Assembly: GCF_009914755.1 (NCBI RefSeq)
Contig: NC_060943.1
Source: the human T2T-CHM13v2.0 reference genome, Homo sapiens
DNA: 64,000 nt
Direction: 5' to 3' (one strand)
The notes below the pieces were generated by a model, which was not told where the DNA came from, made no database searches, and saw nothing but the letters and a program-made list of their open reading frames with translations. The translations under genes and the position numbers were made by a program. Of the stretch, positions 1 to 13,221 are shown in pieces (the stretch's first letter is position 1; each line of letters opens with the position of its first letter).

Positions 1-699
1 ACTAAGCTGTGCCTGGATTACAGCACCTGGGGCCATGGGGCCCCCACCCGGAGGGCTGCAGAGTGAGGGTCCCTGGAGCCTGAGTCCTGGCTGGAGGCCC
101 AGAGGCCAAGGGATTACATGATGACATAGGGGATTGGCACAGAAGAGGTGCGGCCAGCATGATTACATCGTCCGTCCCTCGCAGCCTCCCAAAGACCACG
201 GTCCACCTTGACTGCGTCTGCTGCCAAGGATGAGGCCTTTTGAGCATCTGCCCCAGGCCTGTCCCAGACACAGCGAGTGAGAGGGAAATCTTCAGAGGGC
301 TGTCAGGGCCTTGCTGCTGGAGTGTGGCCCCAGGAAGTCATTGGGTGGGCTGTGGGGGCCCCAAGTGTCCTGTGACAATGTCGTCTAGGGCCTCTGCAGG
401 TCCTTCCAACAGTGGGTCTGCACTGCCAAGCTCACTCATTTCGGCTCCCCCCACTGGCCCCCGGTGACACAGGGAGATGGGCAGGTTTGCCTTTCACAGG
501 GTTCATTACTTTGTTATCAATGCCTCCTGCCCCTGCCCCCCACTTCCTGCTTGCTGCAAGGTCCCCCATCTTCAACAGTGGGTAGTGGGCCTGCTGGCCT
601 CTGAGGCTCAGCCCCAGCTCCGATTGGGACCAGGGCTCAGTGGGCTCCTTCCTCAGGGGGAGGTCTCAGGCTCCTGGTGAAGCCCCCTGAGCTTCAGGA

Positions 700-1170
700 A
701 GGTAAGTGCAGCCATTTGAACAGCCCTCATTGGCCGCCTTCCCATTGTGGAGAATTAGGTGGCCGGGCTCCTCCCTCCCACCCTACGATTATACAATAGA
801 TTTAAAGTCTCTGATATCCACAAATCTACATCAAAATATATTCTCTAGCTGTAGGGAACGTCTCAGAATTGTTAACCTTCTCCCCAGGTATTAGAGGTAA
901 CACACTGTGAGATTAGATGTATATTTTCTTCAAGATACACCACCCATTGAGGGGTTCATATTTACATCTTTTGTTGATATTTTTTATAGATTAAAAGCGC
1001 CTCTTTGCTAGGTGATAATTCTGCTAAGTACTGTAATTTGCTGCCATTAATATTTGTCTGAGTCCTAGTTTGCAAAATATATTTGAAACCACGTTAGAAA
1101 GTCGCATAATTGCTTCTTTAAGCTGGGGAAATAAGCAGTTTCTTTACCCAGCCTTTATCCTGTTAACCTC
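700..1170. promoter_or_regulatory. Putative conserved non-coding element (similar islands at about 10930-11260, 27920-28080, 54480-54700)
   Basis: Abrupt AT-rich unique island with TAAT and CATTG words inside GC-rich DNA. Confidence 0.4.
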
Positions 1171-4100
1171 AGAGGGGAGGGGTGTTCATGGAGTCCTGGA
1201 ATCGGCTGAGCACATCGGCCATTGAATTCCAGTGCCTACTGGGGGAGACGGTGCGGCCCGGCTGGGCCCAGCTGCGCCCAGCTGCTGGTGGCTTCTGGGC
1301 TGCTCCTCCCTGGGCCACCGAGGGACAGGAGACCCATGGAGAATGCACCACCCCTGCCTGGGTCTTAGGCCCTGGGGTGTAGGGAGAGCTGCCTAACCCC
1401 TGGGAGCCAAGACACCGCTCTTCCTGGGCCTCTCTTGGGTCCTCATCTGGAAAATGGAGGCACTGGCCTCCCAGCCTGACTCTCCCAAGGGAGGGTGTGG
1501 AAAGCCCCGCCCAGCAATCAGATGGCTCTGTGCCTGTCCCATTGTGGGCGTTCCACAAATGTTCAGGGCATGTGTAAATGACACAGCTGGTGGCCTGGCC
1601 AAGCCTGATCCCTGGGAGAGTGGGGCTTACAGGGGCTGAGCATGCCAGGACTCACAGGGCTGGGTGGTGGGGCAGGGGGCTCTCTGTGATCAAGACTAGG
1701 GGCAGGAGGCCCAGGGTGACCAGCACCTGAGCCTCTGGTTTCCAAGGCAGCTGGAGACCCCGGCTGTCTCCTGTGCTCCCCACACCACACACACCCACCC
1801 TCCAGGCCTCCCACCATGGGAACAGGCAGCTCCAGGCCCTTGCGAGCAGGTGGATTCTATAGTCATGGGACTGCTTACAAGAGGCTGCACCACACAGATA
1901 GAACATCCATCTGTTTCCAGTTTCTGTGCGCATTCTTCGGGGTCTTCTCTTGCACCCCAAGGTGGCAATCAACTGGGATATCTCTAATCAGAAGAGCATT
2001 TTGCCTTCTATTGATCTGAAATCTTTCCTCTCCAACTACCCAGCAGCTGTTCCCAGGTGTGAGCTAGGGCACCATGGAGCAGGACTGAGCTCTCACCTCC
2101 AACTCCACCTCAGCCATCAGGAGCCTCCTAGCCAGCCTCAGTTTATCCAGTAGTGAGATGGGGGTAATGATAGCCCTGACCTAACAGTGGTGTTTGTTGT
2201 GAGGATTAAAAGAGTGAAGGTGTGGCGAGCATTTGGAATAGCACCTAGTGATAGTATAATAGCATTTGGTAAATGTTATTGGATATTATTATATGGTACA
2301 TCCATCAGCGTGTAGAGCGTGTATCTTTGTGTGCAGAGCCTGTGTGAGTGCGTGTGTGTTCTCACTATGTGCACCCCTGTGGATGTGTGTGACACACAGT
2401 GCACATATCTGTGTCTAGAGGGGTTGCCCATGTCTCTATGTGTGATCAACCCAGGCCCACACGCTTCCTGGGGTGCCCACAAGCATGGTTTCCTAATGGC
2501 TTCATCTCCTGCCCCTCAAGTTCTGTTCTTTCCATCTCCCCATGTCACCCTCCTGCCTTGGCTCCCAGCCCAGCCTGCACATGGCCTGTCCCTCCCAACC
2601 CCTCCAGCCTGCCCCCACCTCCTGCCATTGCTCGAAATACCTTCAGGGATGTTCAGGCTTTTGCCCTGCCATTCTCCCGGTCTGGAGCATCCTCACTTCC
2701 TCTTATCTGGGCCAACTTCCACTCCTGCATGGATTCTGACTGAAATGTTGCCTCCTCTGGACCGTCCTCAATCTCTCAGGTCCCCTGCATTGCCCTCATC
2801 CTGCAGCCCTCTTCCGCATGGTGCCAGCAGCTACCTGCTCCCCTGCGTAGGTGCAGATGCACCTAAGTTGGGAGCCCTGTGGCTGGGGCTCACTCCCATG
2901 GCCTCCCTAACTCCCGTCCTGGCTGAGCCCATTGTGGTCCACACAATCCTGTCCTCTGTGGCTCCTGAGAGTCTTGGACCCTCAATTCCCTTGCTGAAGG
3001 TGGAAAGGCTGTCTCAGGGGTGGGGCCAGCCCTCAGACACCTGGTCATCACACACCTGGTTATCAGGCACCCGTCCATGCCCCAGCATGATGTAGTGGAG
3101 GGTGGGGTAGTAAAGGGATAGTTTGGGTGAAGTCAGTGAGTCAGCTGGCTCTGCTGGGCTGCTGGGCTCAAGACAGTCGGGAGCAGGTGCCCAGCTCGAG
3201 AGAGGCCCCTCTAGCCTAGGCTGGTGCCTGGGCACAGCATAGCAAGGCAGATTGTTGTAGGGTCCAGCCCCTCTGAGCTGGGAGTACAGAGACTGCCCTC
3301 AGCTTGCCTGGGCCTCTCTGCCTGCTAAGAAGCTTCCACCAGTGGCCAGTGCCCCTCTCCCACCCTGCAGTTTCTGGTATTTGGAGGGCAAGTGCTTGTG
3401 TCTTCAGGCGTGACCCCCATCTCCTCCTCAGATTCCTACAAGATAGGGAGGGTACCTGGTGGATCCCTACTTGGCTGAACAAGAATTTAAGGCTCAGAGA
3501 GAAGTGAGTGACCCCAAGTCACAAGGCTCACTGGGCCTTGGGCTTCTGATGCCAAATCGGGTTGTTCCTGAGACCCACAAAAGGTGGTACAGCCACCCAG
3601 GTCCAACGAAAAAAGCTCAAGGCAGGAAAAATTGGGGTGATTGAGCTGGGTGGGGGAGGGGCTTTGCTCAGCAGATCCTGATGCAGGCCCAGCCCCAGCG
3701 AGGCCCTTCTCTGTGCATACCCACTGGCCTTGCCCTGGCCACACAGGCCACAGAATGGGCTCTGCACACTGGGCTGAGGGAGGGCTGGCCCTGGCCCTGG
3801 AGGTGCAGTGCCGATGACCCTACAGAAGCCTGTCCTGAATCTTGAGGGGTTGGGAGACTGGGTCATCCACTCTGATGGGGTGAGGCCTTGGGGCAAATCC
3901 CCCAGCATCAGTGAAGTGAGCTGGAGCCTGCAGTGGGGCTCCGGCCACCAGCTACATGCACTGCACCTTCCCTCACTTGCCAGCCCTGGGGTGAAGGGGA
4001 CTTACTTCTCTGAGCCTGATTCCTGTCTGCAGAGTGGTGACCGTCCTGGCACCTGCTTCCCAGGAGCGTGGCGCGCATTAGAGGAGATGTGTTCATTCGG

Positions 4101-4519
4101 GTTTCCACAGAAGTAAACTCTGAGAGGAATCTGAATGTATTTGGGAGGAAGTGCAGGGAGGGAGTAGGAGAAGAGAAGACGGCCAGGCGCTGTGCTCAGA
4201 AGCAGCTTAGGGCCACTGGTAACGGGGGCTTGGGTCTGCTGGGGACCTCCAGGGAACAGCAGAGCACAAGAGCCCTGGGAGTTATCTTCCCAGAGGGCAA
4301 GGACTCCAGGTGATTATCCAGCAGTTTCCCTCACTGGCAAGGGCTGCTTCCACGGTGTGAAACCCCAGGATGCGTGGCCAGTCCCATGCGCCTGCTGAGC
4401 ACAGTCCAGGGCCAGTGACTGTCCTCAGCACAGTGGCAGATGCTAGTGGTAGGAGGCCGGGGGCACTGGGAATATGGAGGGAAGGGGTGGGGGTGGTGCA
4501 TCGACATTCTAGAAATATA

Positions 4520-4834
4520 GGCCGGGTGCGGTGGCTCACGCCTGTAATCCCAGCACTTTGGGAAACCGAGGCAGGAGGATCACATGAGGTCAGAAATTCA
4601 AGACCAGTCTGGCCAACATGGTGATATCCCATCTCTACTAACAATACAAAAATTAGCTGAGTGGCGCGCACCTGTAATTCAGGCGACTTGAGAGCCTGAG
4701 GCAGGAGAATCGCTTCAATCTGGGAGGCAGAGGTTGTAGCGAGCCGAGGTGGCGCCACTGCACTCCAGCCTGGGTGACAGCGTGAGACTCCATCTCCAAA
4801 ACAAAAACAAAAACAAAAGAAAAAAGAAAAAAAA
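4520..4834 (+). mobile_element. AluS
   Basis: GGCCGGGTGCGGTGGCTCAC start, dimeric body, A-rich tail. Confidence 0.92.
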
Positions 4835-5109
4835 TACGCCTGGCGGAAGTTAGTGCTTCATAAAGGCTGGCTTCTGCTATTATTATTTCACATTGGAAGG
4901 GCCTCCAGAAATGGTCACACCTGATTTGTGTATTTTCATCAACAGAGGGAAACTGAGGTCCAGGGAGGAGGTCTTACCCAAGGCCACGTGACATGCATTG
5001 GTGGCAGCGCTGGTCCTGCACTCTGGGAGATTCCTCCGGGGCATCCTTGGGTGTTTGCCTGTTTAGCATGAGTTTATGGGACAGTCCCTCTGTCCTAGGC
5101 ACCCCACGC

Positions 5110-5290
5110 ACTGTGTCTCATCAAATCCTCACCAGGCGGTGTGCAATAGAAATCACAATCCCCATTTCACAGATGAGAAAACCGAGGCCCAGGAAGGGCA
5201 GAAGAATGGCCACGGCCACACATGTTAGGGAGTGGCAAAGCTGCAGTTTGAGCCCTCCACACAGGTGTTTAACTCTAGCACACATGGCCT
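5110..5290 (-). mobile_element. MIR remnant (representative; others at about 2100-2280, 18830-19000, 26650-26850, 40290-40460, 54000-54160, 56660-56960, 58180-59010)
   Basis: MIR core CCCATTTCACAGATGAGAAAACCGAGGCCCAG. Confidence 0.75.
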
Positions 5291-7402
5291 TTCACGAGCA
5301 TTGAAACTGATAAAGGGGAGTTGCGGGAAGCTCGGTAGTTTCAGAGACAAATACATTTTGTTGAGTGGAACAAATGTTCTGGCTATAACCAAGCTGCAAA
5401 GCTGTTGGAAAAGCACAGGTCAGGAATGGACACGGCTTCCAGGGAAGCCAGGGCTCAGAGCAGGTTCAACAGATGGAGGGGTCGCGGCCCCCAGAGCTGG
5501 GGAGCCCACTTGAGAAAGGGTTGAGGGAGCAGTGGGGACTGCAGAGAGAGGCTCCTGGATTGAGGGTGAGATGACCAGGGAGCTGGGCACACCCGCCACC
5601 AGTCCGCCCGCTGCCCATCTGCCTGCTGACTGCCATCTGCCCACTGGCCTGCTGGGTGACAGAGGTCAGGAGTTCGAGACCAGCTTGGAGCTGAACCCTG
5701 GAAGACACGCCACCCCCGTGCAGTGGGACAAAGATTTGGGCATGGATTCGCTCAGTGACTTCTGGAGGGAAGAGGCAGTCGCCTTCCTTTACTTCCTCCA
5801 GATCAGTCTTCGAGCTCCGGCACATGGGGAGATCACGTTGGCTGTTAATGGGGTGTCTCTTTTGTGTTTTCACAGCTGCAGACACTGGGAAACCAGGGCG
5901 AGGCTTGCATCCACTGCACTAATGTTGCTTTTGTGGTCACTTGGCTTGATAGTGTTTCTCAGGCTCTCTCTCCTGGGTCAGGCTGGGTCCTTGGCAATCT
6001 CTGCCTGTCCCCTTCAGTAGGTTTGAAAAACCAAGCCTGGAGGGATGCGGTGGTGATAGACTCACCTTTTTGGTCTGGGAACAGGAACGAGAGATGCTTT
6101 CGTCTGTTTTGAGCAGACCCAACACAACTCCCCATTTCCCCAAAACCGACACAACAATGCAGCATACCAACACTGTTTTTGTTCTTTTCAACACCTCATT
6201 TTGACGCAAGAGCTTCTCACACACCTTGGAAGGGGCTTCAGCCCAGATGAGGGGTTTTCATTAGCGTTGGAGAGGTTGGGGGCCTCAGACAAATCCATCC
6301 TCCAAGGCAGTGTATTCTGACGCCGCAGCTGGGCTCTGAAATGGCTTAGAATTTTAGGTTTTCAGCTAAATGGTGACCAGGGCGATCAGTGTGTGGCCAA
6401 ACTCATTGGAGGAGAAGCGGTCAGTTCTGCCCTCTTGGGGCCTGTGGCTAGGTGGGAGGTGAGATGGTCTCAGGGAAAGGCATGAGAGACCTGCAGTAGC
6501 AAAACCTCCCCCCACAAGGGGCAGCCTGCCCTCTGCAGCTGGGTGTGCCAGAGGAGGGGCCAGCACCCTCAGGGAGGGCGGGACTGAACAAGGGACCTCC
6601 TTGGGCTGCCCAGATGTTACTCTCCAGGGCCTCAACCTAGTGTCAGGCCTGCAGCGTGGCCTTGCGTCCTTGATCCTTCAGATTACCCATCTGTAGCAAG
6701 GAGATGATCATGTCTCCCCTGTCCACTGACTGATGGACCACCTGATATGGGCGTCTTTGTGTTTCCAATTTCTTGTCCATCCTCTGCTCTTGGGTGTCTA
6801 AGGTCCTGGGATCTATTGTCTTGTCACCAGTGGCTCATTGACTCCTGTAGCCCAGGATTCCACTTTTGTCCCTGTATTTCACCCCCCCTCATGCTCTGGT
6901 CACTGGTGACCTTCACGTCCATGGACCTAATAGGCTTTTCTGCCTTCATCTTAGTTGACCTCTTAGCCACATGCAGCATGAATGTTTCCTATTTGAAATA
7001 CATGACTTTCTTGGCCTCCACACTCCACGTCCTTTCTTCTGTCTTTCTGCGAAGTCATTCTTGGGTAGCTCTTCCTCCTTATTCTAAATGCTAGAGTTTA
7101 TCATGTTTATTCCTTGGGCTTCTTTCCTGCCCCTCCTTCTCCCTGCATGATGCTACCTAATCCTACAGCTTTAAAACTCACCTTATCAGTTAGCAATTGC
7201 TGCAATATTACTGTGAGATAAACTTCCCTGCCTCTCATTGTCAGACAGCAGTGAGCATGCATCTCTGGTCTGTGCCTCTGTGGGTTGGCTGCAGTAGCTC
7301 TGCTCCATGCACCTCCTTCTGGGGCCAGTTACATGGGCTTGATCTTCTCATAGCATGTATTAGTCAGGGTTCTCCAGGGAAACAGAAGCAATAGTACATA
7401 CA

Positions 7403-9103
7403 CAGTCATGTGCCACATAATGACATTTCGGTTAATGATGCTCTGCTTATACGATAGTGATTCCATAAGATTATAATGGAGCTGGAGAATTCCAATTGCC
7501 TAGTGTTGTAGGCATTGTAACATTATGGAGCAACGCGTCACTCCACTGTTACAGTGATGCTGGTATAAACAAGCCCGTCATATTGTACAAAAGTCTAGCA
7601 CATACAATTACATACAGTACATAGTACTTGATACTGATAATAAATGACTATGTTACTGGTTTACGTGTTAACGTACTTCTAATTGTTATTTTAGAGCCTC
7701 ATCTCCAGAGTTGAGTCTGACCTCCTACCTCACAACTATCACAGAGTAAACTTGGGACTCAACTCTAGAGGTGGGGCTACTTATATAAAAAAAGTAAGTG
7801 TCCTATACAGGTATACCATTATTTACACCTGAGCTGTAAAACAGCCTCAGACAGGTTCTTTAGGAGGGATTCCAGAAGACAGCATTGCTATCAAGGGAGG
7901 CAACAGCTCCATGCGTATTACTGCCCCTGAAGATCTTCCAGTGGGATGAGATGTGGAGGTGGAGGACATTGATGATCCTGCCCCTGTGCAGGCCTAGCCT
8001 CATGTATGTGTTTGTGTCTCCATTTTTAAAAAAAAGTTTAAAAAGTTAAAAGAAAAAAGCTTATAAAAAAGATATAAAGGAAATATTTTTGTGCAGCTCT
8101 ATAAGTGTTTGCGTTTTAAGCAGTGTTATTACAAAAGAGTCAAAAAGTTAAAAAAATAAAAAAGTTCATAAAGTAAAAAAGTTCCAGCATGCTAAGGTTA
8201 ATTTATTACTGAAGAAAGAAAAATATTTTAAAGTAATTTAGTGAAGCCAAAATGTGCAGTGTTTATAAAGTCTACAGTCATGCCCTAGGCCTTCACATTC
8301 ACTCACCACTCACTCACTGACTCACTTAGAGCAGCTTCCAGTCCTGCAAGCTCCATTCATGATGCGTGCCATTTTTTATCCTGTGTACCATATTTTTACT
8401 GTATCATGTGTATGCTTAGATACGGTTTTGATATACAAGTACTTCCCTTTGTGTTACAATTGCCTACAGTATTCAGTACAGTAACATGTTGTGCAGGTTT
8501 GTAGCCTTGGAGTAATAGTCTACACCATACAGCCTAGGTGTGTAGTAGGCTGTACCATCTAGGTTTGTGTAAGTTCACTCTGACAGTTGTGAGATAGTAG
8601 GTGGGACTCAACTCTGGAGGTGGGGCTTAGACATTGGACCTAATTGAGAACTAGTTAAAACAGGGACGGAGTGGAAGCACCTTTCCATAAGACATGCCCA
8701 TTCGTGTGCCATATTGGTTTACCATTGCCATGGCAACACCTGGAAGTTACCACCCCTTTTCTAGGGATTTCTGCATACGCTGTCTCTAAATTTGCACGTG
8801 ATTGAAAGTGGATATAAATCTGACTGCAGACCTGCCCTGGATCTGACTGCAGACCTTAGCAAATGAAGTGGGATAACCCTGCTCTGCAGAAGCAGTCACA
8901 GAGCTGCAACACTGCCTCTTCAATAAAGCTGTTTTCTTCTACTGTATCACTGACTTGGCCTTGAATTCTTTCCTGGGCAAAGCCAAGAATCCTCCTGAGG
9001 CCCAAATCTGGAGCTCGCCTGCCCTGTGTCAGTTGCACAGTGGCAAAATTGCCTGATGATGCATTTCTTAGGCTGTATCCCCATTGTTAAGTGCACATGA
9101 CTG
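7403..9103. mobile_element. Tigger3/Golem-derived non-autonomous DNA transposon (Tigger3b-like)
   Basis: Terminal inverted repeats CAGTCATGTGC... and ...GCACATGACTG followed by TA; internal Tigger3 motifs such as CCATAAGATTATAATGGAGCTG. Confidence 0.85.
8590..9031 (+). mobile_element. ERV1-class solo LTR (MER66-like) inserted in Tigger3
   Basis: TG...CA ends, 4-bp TSD GTTG (8586-8589, 9032-9035), internal TATAAA and AATAAA. The subfamily name is tentative. Confidence 0.75.
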
Positions 9104-10176
9104 TATAGAGACACAGAAAGAAATTCATTATGAGGGATCAGCTCACATGATTTTGGAGGCTGAGAGGTCCTATGATCTGCTCTCTGTGCTGGAGGCCCAA
9201 AAGCCAGTGGTGTGGTCCCAGTCCAAGCCTGTAGGACTGAGAACCAGAGAAGCCCCCAGTCTGAGTCTGAAAACCTTGAGAACCAGGAATGTTCGTGTCC
9301 AAGCACAGGAAAATATGGTGTCCCAGCTCAAAGAGAGGGAGAGCAAATTTGCATCAGATGAGGACCATCCACATTGGAGATGGTGGTCATCTTCACTCGG
9401 TCTGCTGATTCAAACGCTCAACTCTCCAAGAAGCATCCACAGACACACCCAGAAAGAAGGTTCCACCAGCTACGTGGACATCCCTTAGCTCAGGCAAGGT
9501 GACACATAAAATTAACCATCACAAAGAAAATGCTGGAGCTCAAGAGAACAAGATGATCCAAGCTTCTGCTTCTGCTGTGTCTGCTACTGCCTCACTGGTC
9601 TGCTTTGGGTTGACCCCAGAGTCAGGGGAGAGGAAGTTTGCTTGGCCCACTGAGAGCTGGGACAAGGATGTGGATGGATGGTTCCATTACAGGAGAGTGA
9701 GGGGCTGAGATAAATAATTTGGTCTCCCCAGCACATCTGTGCCAGCAACTCCCAAATATGTTTCTAGGCCAGGCTGTGACCTTCAGACTCACTCCACACC
9801 TCCCTTGACTTCTACACTTGACTCTCCTGAAGGCTACAGGGGATGATTACTCAGTGCATCTGGTCTTCCCTTGAAGACTCAGTTTCCCTGTTTGTCATGT
9901 GAGCAGGTTGATTAGATGAGCTACTAGTTCTGAGAGCAAGTGTGGGACTTAGGGTCCTGCATCGCCTGCGTCACTCTAGACTTTCTTTTGGCTTTATGCC
10001 CCCTTGGGATTTACCTGATGGTTGAGAACATGAACATTTAGCCAATGACCCATATGGGGAGATGGAAGAAGCTTCTGTTGACCCCTCCCAGGTCTGTGAG
10101 CCTGGCTCTCCACAAGTTCTCTGGTTCCTTGTGCAGAAGGTTAGCTGGGCCATGCTGAGTGAGTGGATGAGGTTGG

Positions 10177-10599
10177 TGTCCTAGTTCACTTGTGTTGCTA
10201 TAAAGGAATACCTGAGACTGGGTAATTTATAAAGAAAAGAGGTTGATTTGGCTCATGGTTCTGCAGGCCATACAAGCATGGTGCCAGCATCTGCTTGGCT
10301 TCTGGTGAGACCTCAGGGAGCTTTTACTCATAGCAGAAGGCAAAGGGGGAGCTGGCATGTCACATGACGAGAGATGGAGCAAGAGAGAGAAGGCGGAGAG
10401 GGGCCATACTCTTTTAAACAATCAGATTGCGGATGAACACAGAGTGAGAACTCACTCATTACCCCAGGGTGGACAGCACCAAGCTATTCATGAAGGATCT
10501 CCCCGCATGACCCAAAAGCCTCCCACCAGGCCCCACCTCCAACATTGGGATCAAATTTCAACATGAGATTTGGAGGGGACAAACACCCAAACAGTATCA
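10177..10599 (-). mobile_element. MST (MaLR) solo LTR, MSTB-like
   Basis: GTTGCTATAAAGGAATACCTGAGACTGGGTAATTTATAAAGAAAAGAGG ... CAACATGAGATTTGGAGGGGACAAAC hallmark sequence. Confidence 0.88.
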
Positions 10600-11794
10600 G
10601 ATGACTTTGCCATTCAGGCTGTTCATGGAATGAGGGACCCTCACGATGGCCACGAATCTGTCTCCTAGCTCAGGCTCTGAGTTCAGAGAGACAGGACTGA
10701 ACTTGGAGGCTCTAAGCTCAGAAAGTAGGATCTGTGGGGCCACACTTTGGGCAATGTCTGGCCCTGCAGTTCCACCGCTACCAAGGTGATCAATTCTTCT
10801 GCAGTCATTCTTGTAGAGGCAGGTGTGGCCTGGGGACATCGCGTCCCAGGCAGGCCGCCCTCTGTCCTGAAACAGGCTTCCCAGAGCCCTGCGCACCCCA
10901 AACAAAAGCTGCCTCTGACTCCTCAGCCTTTGTGCACATCTGCATTATTAGCAATGCTAATACCATTCTGCAATGATAAATAATTAAACAATTATGGTCA
11001 TGAATCAATAAGTTTAGCACATTTTTTCATCAGCAAATTGCACTGTATAAACAAGAAATATAAATTACCAAGTCTAATTTCCTCCTAAAATTATAAGCAT
11101 TTTATATCTAATAATTAAAAAAGTATTAGAATTCAATTTTGGATAGTTAGAACTTTAAAGAATTTTCAGTTTCCACCAAACACCATTAAATTGTCATGTT
11201 TTATGTCTCTGAATCTGATTAACATTTTGAGATCTGGCCTCAGAAATCTTTCTTTGTTAGCTCCCAGAGACGCTCCACCCAGGCTCCAGCTTCTCACCAT
11301 CCTCACAGACGGCGAATCCACTGGGCTCCGGCTTCCAAGGGTCTGGATCTGCGGGTTCCACTGGAGAGCGAGGATTTATAGGAATTTTTGATTGAAAGCA
11401 CAGGTGACAAACCCAAGGCTTGTGGGCTCTGCACACCCTCCACAGTCTTTTGTGTGGCCTGTTGGCAGTTTGATTTTTACGTTTTTGGGGGATGTTGTTT
11501 GCTTTGTCTTTAAGTTTAGATGTCCGGGTTTTGTTGAGGAAAAAGAAACCCACACCAGATTTACAGTCCCCCAGATCCCCCATCTCATTCTGTGCAGCAG
11601 CTGCCCCGTCTCAATGGAGCATGTATGGTCCAGGTGGCTGCAGTCCCCACCACTCCCCACAGTGTCTTGCTGTGGCTGAGGCCACCAACAATTGTCTCAG
11701 AAGGCCACATGCTCTTTTTCTGACCTTGGCCCCGGTCTCTTTTGCAATCCCCGATTTAGTGGTTAGAATTTGATGACCCCCCGACCCCCCACTC

Positions 11795-12101
<307 letters not shown>

Positions 12102-13221
12102 CTAAGCATGTAAGATAAAGTTCACAAAGGCCCAGAATCCCAGCATGTTTTACAGGGGGGAACACTGAGTATAAGATGGGTAGTGGTTAGAGAGTCAAGG
12201 TCACCCCCAGGCCAGCTCCCTTCCAAATGCTGCCAACTGCTTGTTGCTGCCGTCCCACCCACCTCCAGCCCGAGTAGCCTCTCACCTTCCCTGGTGTTCC
12301 TGCTGCCTCTGGAGAACCAGACCTCTCCGCTCCAGCCCCTCTCCTTCCCTCCCTTCTCCCAGGCTCCCAGAGCAGTGTCCCAGCCTCCAAAATGCTCTCT
12401 TTCTTGGCTTGACCTGTCCGCTACCAAAAGATGAAACTCAACCAAGAGAACATCAAGGAACGCCAGCTTCCTACCTCCACTCTTCATGGCTAGCTGCATC
12501 GGTCCCAATCACGTGGTGGGGGCAAGTAATAGGATATTCCATCCATTAGTGGCTCATCCACGGCTCCTGCAATGCCTTCCACCCTCGTGAAGGGCGCCAC
12601 CAGGTACCCAGGGGGCCAGCCGGGTGCTAGGGGTCATTCTGGCAGTTCCCTCCCTTTCCCTCACCTGACAACCCCCCACTCACCTGGCCCCCCTGCCTCC
12701 CCTTCCTCAGTCCTGTAGATTCCAGCTCTCTCCCACCCTGTATCCCCTCCACACACCCTCTCCACAGCCCCAGCTGCACTGCTTTTTCCAGCCTCTTAAC
12801 TTCTTTGAAAAAACATTTTCAGCACAGCTGAAGAAGGGAGGTTCTAAATTGAGAATCTGATGAGGTACCCCTGGCCCCAGTTTAAAATAGTCAATGATCC
12901 CGCTTCCTCAGGACCAAGTCCATTCTCCTTACTGCTTTACAGTGTAGGTGTGCTGGAGGCAGTGCTGAGAAGTCCACACAAGGTAGTTCATGAATAGGGA
13001 GAATGAGCCTCAGGATAAGGCATCCGTGTGTCGGAAGTGAAGGCTGGAGGCCATGCAGGGTGGTGGCCTTTTTGCTGGGCTCTCTCGGCCTTTGTTCTGG
13101 TGAATCCCTCTCACCTTCTGTTTCTCCCAGGTCCACCTCATCCTTCCTGACCAAGTTCTTCACCTCTCCTGAGGAGCCTTCCCTCCCTACCCCAGGGCCT
13201 GTAAGTGATTCCCTCCATCCC

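Larger units (their letters stand above)
7356..9523 (-). mobile_element. MLT2-type ERVL LTR, split by Tigger3
   Basis: TGTATTAGTCAGGGTTCTCCAG...AAACAGAA at 7356 and ...GACACATAAAATTAACCATCACA ending 9523; pieces at 7356-7402 and 9104-9523. Confidence 0.8.
6900..9870. mobile_element. Nested stack: L2 remnant containing MLT1-like LTR containing MLT2, Tigger3 and an ERV1 LTR
   Basis: L2-like sequence at about 6900-7180 and 9740-9870, MLT1-like sequence at about 7185-7355 and 9524-9700, bracketing the inner elements listed separately. The outer two layers are highly diverged. Confidence 0.5.

Noticed and set aside
2319-3095. 258-aa ORF
   Set aside because: Non-ATG start in TG-rich low-complexity sequence, runs through probable L2-derived DNA, no recognisable domain.
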